From: the human T2T-CHM13v2.0 reference genome, Homo sapiens | NCBI RefSeq assembly: GCF_009914755.1 | Contig: NC_060928.1 | Length of the DNA: 64,000 nucleotides | Reading direction: 5' to 3' (one strand) | Shown: positions 49,545 through 64,000 of the stretch, one piece after another | Position numbering within the stretch: the first letter of the stretch is position 1 | Layout of the letters: every line of letters starts with the position of its first letter | Notes under the pieces: generated by a model | What the model was told of the DNA's origin: nothing | Seen by the model: the letters and a program-made list of their open reading frames with translations, nothing else | The model's database searches: none | Position numbers and translations under genes: made by a program

Positions 49545-49744
49545 AAAGAGCTGAACTTACAATTTAAAGTCAACATTACTTGGAACCAGTGAAATGGGAT
49601 TGCATTTCTTCCTTGGGAATATTTTCCACTTGGTATTGACATGATGAATTCATATGCAATTCATGAATCTGGTATTGGAAGTATTTATGAAGCCCTTTAT
49701 TCAATACTGCATGAAGAGATTGAGGATGGGCAATGTCCTAATAC
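49545..49744 (+). pseudogene. C4orf33-paralog exon (200 nt)
   Basis: KELNLQFKVNITWNQ*NGIAFLPWEYFPLGIDMMNSYAIHESGIGSIYEALYSILHEEIEDGQCPN aligns without gaps to recalled [66 protein letters not shown]. Donor |GTCAGT at 49745. TGA at 49590 replaces Trp. Confidence 0.92.
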
Positions 49745-51165
49745 GTCAGTATGCAACAAGAATTTGATTACATATTTACTTTCAGCTTTTAACTACCTTG
49801 GGTTGTGAGAGGGAAATAAGAGCGTTAGCAACACTTCTTAAGTTTTTTTACTATCTAAAAAAGACATTTATTTTGTTTCTGGTATTAGAAATAAGGGGTT
49901 CTATTCACAAATAAGTGAGATTTTAACCAAATTTATTCTAAAACATTTTCTGCTTGTATTATATGATCAATATAAAATAATAGTAACTGAAAATGCCAAC
50001 GGACAATTGCAGACTATTTAAACTTTTTAAAATGTAGGATTAAATATACCAAGTAATCTTTCTTGTATATTTGCATTATTTTCTCAGTCTTCCATAACCT
50101 CAGCTGGAAATCCAAATGTAAAAAATTCATGCTATACTTTTAAAAAGCATCCCTCATGTATTATATTTTATGAATACAGTATGAAATATTTTGGTTTGAT
50201 ATCTGCTCATTTCAAAAATTGCACATTTTTTGAGAGATGCTTTAAACATACACCATTTTACACAGTGTCTAAATAGTTAAGGCATGTACATATAAAATTA
50301 TAATATATAAGGATATATTTTCTCTATATACATCTCTGATTATATAGATACACATGCATATACACACATATAGTATTTTTGTGCAGCACAGGTGAATTGT
50401 TTCAGCATGTTTATTTGAACTATTTTTATACTTTTATCTTTTAACAACTCTATCATTTGGATTAACTCCCAGCTAATTGGAAATAAATCTACATAGCAGT
50501 CAATTTGAATCAAATTCCTTCAAGCTATTTTAGGTCCTCTGTACAAGACTCCAAGATTCCTATTTGCTTTAATGGATAGTATTAATAACATTGCTGCTGG
50601 CAGCAAAAGTTCATATACTTTGATAATCTATAGTTAAAGCTCATCTTATAGGAGTGTGGTATGAATGAAGTACTTAATTAGTATATAGTATTACTATATG
50701 AATTGAGTCAGCATGTTTTATAGTAATGAGGAGCTCAGAAAAACTGTAAATATGACATGAGAGGATATTTTCATTATTACATATTGAACCTTAGAGTTGG
50801 ACCATCTTGACATGTCTTAACATGTAAATTCAATAAACTGCTTTATAACCTTTTTCAGGTATGATTTGAATTTAAAAATATATGTGTATATATAATACAT
50901 ATATATAAATTAAGTATATATTTATTAATAATTAGCATACAAAGAATGGTTTCTTGCTCTTTAATATTGTGGCAAGGTCTATACACTTTTGCATAGGAAA
51001 AATAATATATATAAATGAATATGTTTTAAAATAACAGATTTATGTATAAACTTTAAAGTAAAGCACACTTTTTTCTTTTAAGTTTTTCTAGTATTTAATG
51101 AATACAGAAAAACATGGCTGTGTATTTAATGCTTATAGTTAAATTGTTTTCAATGTGATCTTAAG

Positions 51166-51319
51166 CCATCACCTTGAGTATTTTAAACCTTTCAATCTGA
51201 AGTGGATTATGGGAGATAACTGGCAGCAGTGAGACTCAGAGCTATGGAGGGAGCTTTGTTGTGATCCTTTACCTTCTGACAACATGGGTTATAACCCACA
51301 AAGAAAGGCACTTAAATAG
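51166..51319 (+). pseudogene. C4orf33-paralog terminal coding exon
   Basis: cttAAG|c-HHLEYFKPFNLKWIMGDNWQQ*DSELWRELCCD...ALK* vs recalled [27 protein letters not shown]. Premature TGA at 51230; phase matches the previous exon. Confidence 0.9.
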
Positions 51320-53279
51320 AACTCCATGTACCACCACCTTTTGGCCACACTTGGATGGCTGCAGTAAAATCTTTGCCTGCTACCTCTGTAAGTGATCAAA
51401 CAACATGCCAAAAATAAAATATTTACATGAATTTTACTCTTTATGTTTTTTTACGTAATGATTCTTCTAACAAATGATAAAGAGAAAATAATTGTTTGGG
51501 TGCTTCTTTCCCATAGACTCATCCTTCCTGGCACATTTTCTGTTCCCTGAAATAGTTCTTTCGAAAATGAGGAAAGAGCATTTGATGTTTCTGTTAAAAT
51601 GCCAGTGATACATTGCACCATGCTGAGACCTGATCTAGAAAAATGAGCTGCTGCAAATTTGCCCTGGGGACATTTCAGTACCATGCAAACACTTGGAGGA
51701 GAATATTAGAGCTTCTATTCAATGCTACACTTTTATTATTATCTAATTTCTAAATGTGACAACTTTCCTGGTAGGGACAGCATGCAGGCCATCTGTCAGA
51801 ATGAATGCTAACTTAGCCTGAAAGACCCTGAACAATATTGGTTTAGGGAACTGGAGTAAATCTATTAGGCATAATCAGGTTGGGCACTCATAGAGTTCAA
51901 GGGTGTTGTGTGTGTTAGAGGTGTATTGAGTTGTCTTTCTCCAGCTACCAACACGTAAAATGACTCTCCAAAAAACCACTTTATTTATGGTGGTAGCAAG
52001 TGTCAATTTTGAAGCCATCCGTTTCAAGATAGAGTGTTTCTTTTCACATTGGCCTTTGAACTGGGGTGGCCAGAAACAGAACAGGATAATAGCACCAAGG
52101 AATAACTATTGTTGGCAAAAATTCTTATGTTGCCCTGTCAGAGAAGTGGAATCTGATCCTGAGAAATTTGCTGTCCTCATGTCTACCTCCCTGAAAATGG
52201 CTTACATTATTTATAAATGAAACCCTTGTTTAGCTAAAACTTGTTTAAACAACACAGTGTAGTTCTAATCTTATGGCAGCATCATAATCAGTTCTGGAGA
52301 TGGCAAAAAGTGAAGATTCTTAACAAAACAAATAAGTAATGACAACTGCAAACAGACATACCAGAAAACCTCAAGAGAATTTATTGAATAAATTCACTTG
52401 GAAACTTATATGAAGAACTGAAGCCCTTAAAGAATGAATAAAAAATGAATTATATTATTTCACAGCACTTAGTGTTATAGGCCAGTCCTGTTAAACATCT
52501 TAAAACTACCAACACTTCAGATTTAAGTTTGAAAACATACTATAAATTAAATACATGGTGCGGTGAAATTTAAATGCGAAATCATCCCTTCTGGACCACC
52601 AGCCTTCCTAGCTACAGTGAAAATAGCGCATTCTTATGTCCCAATTCATCCAAATTCAGTTTTCAGGTATTTTAGTGACTGAATCTGCCTGGCAAGAGGC
52701 CATCCATTTCATGCAAAGGTTTCTCAGTAGGGTTGCCTTGTCATACACTTCTGTAAATGGGAGTTTGGAAACTTTAAATGAAAGAGTGTATAAAGTTTTC
52801 TTTGCTGAGTGTTATTAACTGAGGGACTCTGGATTAATTTAGCATCCAGGTCTGTTCTTTCAGCCATAAGCCATGCTGTCAGGGAAACTTAATTATACTT
52901 TAAGTGGGATGCAAATGAGTTGTGACACAACATCATCTCACACGAAAGGTTCATTACTTACATTAACTTGCACAATGTTCACTCTTAAGCCTAGGACTCA
53001 TTACAATATTCGCGGGATTATATTTTGTAAACATTGTTAAATGCAAGTGGGGTTTTAACTTTTAATAACCTGTTTCTTTCTTAGTATTTAAGACTACAAA
53101 TATTCACTTTATTAAATGATTATGAATTGAACTACCGGCTACTTGAACATACGAAGGATTCCAGGGGGGAAAAATGTTCTACTAGGTGTCTGCTCCGTAG
53201 CAAATTCTCAGCACCAGATTATTCTTTGTTTAAATTGTAAATTTACAATTAAATTTAAATTTTAACTTATGTTATGATT

Positions 53280-58750
<5,471 letters not shown>

Positions 58751-59482
58751 TCGTTAACATAAAATGCAATGAAATTTATATTCTATATTGTGCCAGTCCT
58801 AGAAGTAACTTCTTAGTAATAAGTTCCTTAGCATCCCTATACACAATTTAAAATAGAAAATGTAGCAAGGCTACATTAAAATCAGAAGGCTAAGAAATTT
58901 TATGCCAGGGCTTTAGATTTTTCTGAACATCTGTTGGGTGAGGAAATCTATAAATATAAAGATATGTAACATATTTTATATTGATAGATAAAAAACTTGA
59001 GTGATAGAGATAAATGGGTCATGATTATCTGTCAAAGTGTTAGGATAGGTACAAAAACACATTTGGTCCTATTTTGAAAAAACAGATAAATGGTTCTGGA
59101 ATTGTAAAGGGAGAGAGAGTTCACTTTAGATTTATAGTTCTATTCTCTGATGTGGGGATGAGAGAGTTTTAGGAAAAATTAGTTGTTTTTTCTTAAAACA
59201 TAATCAGTCACCAACATCAACCAAGTGTTTGATAGTTATTTTCAAGTATATAGATGTAAGAAAAACAATAATGAACTTTTATTGAGTACTTATTATGCTC
59301 TTGGCAAAGAGTAGTTTACTTGTGTACACTCATTTAATACACACAAAACCCTGTGAAGCAGGTACTCTATTCAGATTTTACAGATCATAAAACTATAATA
59401 AGAAAGAGAGGGCTTAAGCAAGTTGCTCAACATCACACAATGAGTGTGAAGGACAGGTTTCAAATCTATTTGGTCTGATTCT

Positions 59483-60216
59483 TTGTGGCGTTCTCTGTAT
59501 TTCCTGAATATGAATGTTGGCCTGCCTTGCTAGATTGGGGAAGTTCTCCTGGATAATATCCTGCAGAGTGTTTTCCAACTTGGTTCCATTCTCCCCATCA
59601 CTTTCAGGTACACCAATCAGACGTAGATTTGGTCTTTTCACATAGTCCCATATTACTTGGAGGCTTTGCTCATTTCTTTTTATTCTTTTTTCTCTAAACT
59701 TCCCTTCTCGCTTCATTTCATTCATTTCATCTTCCATTGCTGATACCCTTTCTTCCAGTTGATTGCATCGGCTCCTGAGGCTTCTGCATTCTTCACGTAG
59801 TTCTCGAGCCTTGGTTTTCAGCTCCATCAGTGCCTTTAAGCACTTCTCTGTATTGGTTATTCTAGTTATACATTCTTCTAAATTTTATTTCAAAGTTTTC
59901 AACTTCTTTGCCTTTGGTTTGAATGTCCTCCCGTAGCTCAGAGTAATTTGATCGTCTGAAGCCTTCTTCTCTCAGCTCATCAAAGTCATTCTCCATCCAG
60001 CTTTGTTCCGTTGCTGGTGAGGAACTGCGTTCCTTTGGAGGAGGAGAGGCGCTCTGCTTTTTAGAGTTTCCAGTTTTTCTGTTCTGTTTTTTTCCCCATC
60101 TTTGTGGTTTTATCTACTTTTGGTCTTTGATGATGGTGATGTACAGATGGGTTTTTGGTGTGGATGTCCTTTCTGTTTGTTAGTCTTCCTTCTAACAGAC
60201 AGGACCCTCAGCAGCA
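59483..60216 (-). mobile_element. Internal young-L1PA fragment (end of 5'UTR plus N-terminal ORF1), no poly(A), inserted in a MIR
   Basis: ORF1 reads MELKTKARELREECRSLRSRC...NLRLIGVPESDGENGTKLEN; 11-bp TSD ggtctgattct at 59472 and 60217. Confidence 0.92.
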
Positions 60217-62299
60217 GGTCTGATTCTAAAGTCCATTATTTTAACTGCTATGGTATACTGCCTAAGGTGTACGAAGGTTTATATATGCAGTAAATATATT
60301 TATATAATTAATATAATATATAAATTATTACATTTTATATCATAAATTAATTTAAATTCTAATTTTATACCATAAATTCATTGTAATTTAAGTTTAATTA
60401 AATTATTATTGTAAAATAGTATTTATGTTTAATAAATTGGTTCATAACTTAATTCAATAAATTATATTTATTGATTATAAAGACCTCTTGTACAATTTGG
60501 GAAGTATATCATAGTAGTTAAAATCATGAACTTTAGAACTAGACTGGGTAGGTTTGAATCCTGTGCTCTCACAGTGTGAACCCTATGCATCCTGATTGAT
60601 ACACACATTAATGTGTATATGAAGTTGATGAATAATATTAGCATATTAGAGACGGGAGACATCTTAGGAGACATCTAGTTTACTACCTTCATTTTGTAGA
60701 AATCCAGAGAAGTTTATTCAGCATGTTGTCATATCTTTTACGTAGGATTTAACACTTCTAAATCTTCTCTTTAAGGGTTATATTTAAGATAATGATACTC
60801 TAATTATTTAAAACAATCATTTTGACTTGCATAGAAATTTTTATTTACCTTCAATTTCAGTATTTGTTGACATTCTACAAGTTCTCAAAGTGCTCGTGAA
60901 ATACAAGAATACAAAAAAAGAGACTCTTATTTTCTAAACTAAAACAAAATTTAAAATCTCAATGAAGCAATAACTTAAATATGATAAGAACCACAGGAGT
61001 TCTATAGAAAAAGACTGAAGATCATATTGAGGGTAATAAACAGTCCTTTCATAAAGATGATAGACATTTAAAGAGGCCTTGTAGGATGTGTAGGGTGTTG
61101 AATATTGAACTTGAGGAGTGGTGGATAAGGGCATGTGGACAGATTAAAGCATAAGCAAAGGCTCAGAGGCAGAAAAATATTTTACATTTGGATGGAAAAT
61201 GCACTCTAGTTTGCTTTACTGTGGCATAGGCTAGGCATGGGAATAGTGGGAAAATGACAAAATAACTGAACTGACTTCTTGAATTTTTGTGGATCGTGAT
61301 ACATCGTAGCCCAATAAAAATCAAGAAAATGTAAGATGAGATGAGTAAGATAAACATTTACATCAATTTGTGTTTATATAAATTTAAGTACCTTCATAAA
61401 TTGAGTTAAATAACAGAGCTTTGAAAGTAACCACATTCTTTATCTTTGGCCTCTGAAAAAAGAAGCTAACAAAGATCTAAGAAAGGACGAGAGCCATTTT
61501 GAATGTGACATGAATATAAAGATTTCTCAATGAATCATATATGGAAGATTAAATTTCATTTTTAGTAACCCTAAAACTATCTTCAGCATTGAATTGAATG
61601 TTAAATATGACAGCCAATCTTGACATATTAAAACAACTTAGAGGGCTTCATTTTCTGGATAGGGGATATTAGATAACTCAAGCGGCCTTCAGTTTTTAAA
61701 TACCTAAAAACACTAAATCAAATGTAACAACTATCTATTTAATTGCTCCCAAAAGAATTGGAAAATCTCAAGGGAGATAAACAATGAGGAAAAAATTCCT
61801 GGAGCAAAAGGTAATGTGGCAACCACCTTGAAAGGTCGGGGTCGGGGCTGGTTCCATCTCTCAGTAACAAGAATTGGAATTTAACACTCTTTAGGGACAG
61901 AAAATGATGCCGTGGATCTACATGAGCCAGGGAGTTGAAAAAGAAACAGAAAATAAAATGAAAAACGATCATCAGGTTGCAACACCAGTGAATAGGTCAA
62001 GGGTGAACCAGAAAAATATCTATCCCATGGCACAGGGAGCCAACCTACCTCTTTCAGCCTGAACTGGGAGTTGGTTTGGCAGAATTTTTCCTCTGATAAT
62101 TTGCAAATATAGGTCTGCCTTCACATTAATTTGGGGCTCAGTGTTACACTCTGTAGGTGATTTATACACTGGGTTGAAGCAGCCACAAATAACTTTAGAA
62201 GCCAGGTTTCATGGAATTTAGAGCTTTTTAAGGGTACATTGGATTGTTGTTTTTCTTCCTGAAGGAGGGTAGAGATGCAGATTAACTTCAGATTTTGTT

Positions 62300-63130
62300 A
62301 AATCAGTAGGTTATTCATAGGGAAACAAAAATGAATCTATAGAGTACAACATAAACAAAAACCAATTCCAGGTGTATTAAAGGTTCAAACATGAAAATGA
62401 AACTAAATTCCTTTCAGAAGAAAGCATAGAAAAAATATTTTTGACATCACACTAGGGATGGATTTCTTAAGACTTAGCATCAAAAAGATTAATCTAAATT
62501 TAAAAGATTCTATATATCATAAGACACTGTAAACACTGTTGGTGAGAGTATAAATTGGTACAATGACTTTGGAGGGCAATTGAAGCCACGTATTGCAAAC
62601 CTAAAGATGTGCATAACCTTAAAACCCCAAAATTCCATTCCCATGTATATAATCTAGGGACACTTCTTTATATGTATACAGGAGATACATATAGGAATGT
62701 TGAAACATTGTTTGAAAAATTGGAAAAAACTTAGATATATATATCCACAGGAGAATGAATACATAAATTTTGTCATATTAATTCATTAAAATAAAACAAT
62801 TAAAATTATGAATTAGAGCCAAATTACAATATAGATAATCTAAAAATATAATCTTGCATATATATATATACATACTATATATGGCATAAGTATAGTATGC
62901 TACTATTTTGTAAAGAATAGAGACATGAACAACAACACTTATATGTACATACATAGTTTATACAGTAAAATTATAAAAACATACTTGGAAGTTACAAACA
63001 CCAAATTTAGGATAATGGCTATTTTGAGGTAGGGAGAGAGATGAATGGAAGTTTTTCTTAAACTAGGTAGTTTATTAAACCTATACTTTTTAATATGGCT
63101 GAAATCTTTCATAATATTAGAGCAATTTAA
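62300..63130 (+). mobile_element. Old L1M 3' fragment
   Basis: gttggtgagagtataaattggtacaatgactttggagggcaatt and related L1ME-like motifs. Boundaries approximate. Confidence 0.55.
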
Positions 63131-64000
63131 TAACAACTTAATTAATGCCATAATTTTAACATCAAATAAAATGATCATGCTGGGCTGCACACATACTACC
63201 TCCATTTGGAAAGTTTCTTTTTCTCTGTCACTCATTCATTTTTTTCTAGTTATATAAACTTTGCTTTTGAATAATTTGTTGGACTTTGTTTTCTAATACC
63301 AAATTTCAAAATTTTAAGTATAATATAACACTGAGCTTTAAACTTATTTGCATGGCAAGAGTTTGCTGAGAGGCCTCTTTAGGATCCTGTATGTACTTTG
63401 GTTACATGGTCCAAATCACAACATGCTCAAATTCTTGTGACTTTTTCTTCCTTTAATTTAGCCATGTGACTTAATGGGCACCGAACAACCGAAGTGTTGA
63501 GATAAATTTATTTTCTTGGGTCAGTTTGTGCTAGTTATGTTATAGCTCCATGTCCTGGGAACTTCTGACTCAAGATATATAGTTATATTTGTAATATGTT
63601 TTACATTTTCTGATTATAAAATGTGAAGTTACATGTATATGTTTGAAAATATAGAGATATTAAAAAACAAAAAAATTCTTCTTAGAGATAACCTGTTATC
63701 TATGGACATAATTATATTTTGAACACAAATAGAGGCAGACTGTTCATGGTGATTTGTAACCTAACTTACTTTTTGTGCTTAACACTAAACTGAACATTTT
63801 TTCTTTTATCTTAATATTATCCTTCTAAGCTGCCATTACTTTTTGCTTTGTGACTTGCCTCATTGCTTCCTCCTCTTGCCACTTGCTGTCTGTTCTCAAC
63901 ACATCAGTCAGATCATTTCTCTCCTCTGTCTAAAACCCTCCAGTGGCATTTCACCCCATCCAGATGAAAGTACGCTCATGATACTCTTTTAGACCATAGT

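Noticed and set aside
51347-51370. cacacttggatggc resembles the C4orf33 HTWDG codons, hinting at a second domain
   Set aside because: It needs an indel and there is no flanking similarity; most likely chance.
53233-53250. 18-bp palindrome aattgtaaatttacaatt
   Set aside because: Low-complexity AT context; plausible by chance.

Overview
Primate, most likely human, genomic DNA: AT-rich and dense in Alu, L1, MIR, L2 and LTR repeats, with no intact protein-coding gene. Main finding: a multi-exon, ancient, disabled paralog of C4orf33 (UPF0462) on the + strand, which the ORF track does not reveal. Five exons (18879-19060, 24253-24309, 31496-31544, 49545-49744, 51166-51319) are colinear with the whole C4orf33 protein as I recall it (about 40-50% identity, canonical splice sites). 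A sixth, candidate N-terminal exon (~381-639) would add a cytoplasmic tail and a transmembrane helix, suggesting a lost type II membrane glycoprotein. Its first intron holds an intron-containing CDRT15/CDRT15L2-like pseudogene with an upstream minisatellite, tail-to-tail with a semi-processed ZSWIM5 pseudogene. From memory this fits human 4q28.2 next to C4orf33 (inference). Also present: a 3'UTR-only HNRNPA1 retrocopy, several solo LTRs, a nested 4.2 kb L1PA, and a poly(A)-less internal L1 fragment with target-site duplications (TSDs). All homology and repeat-family calls come from recalled sequences, not from database searches.
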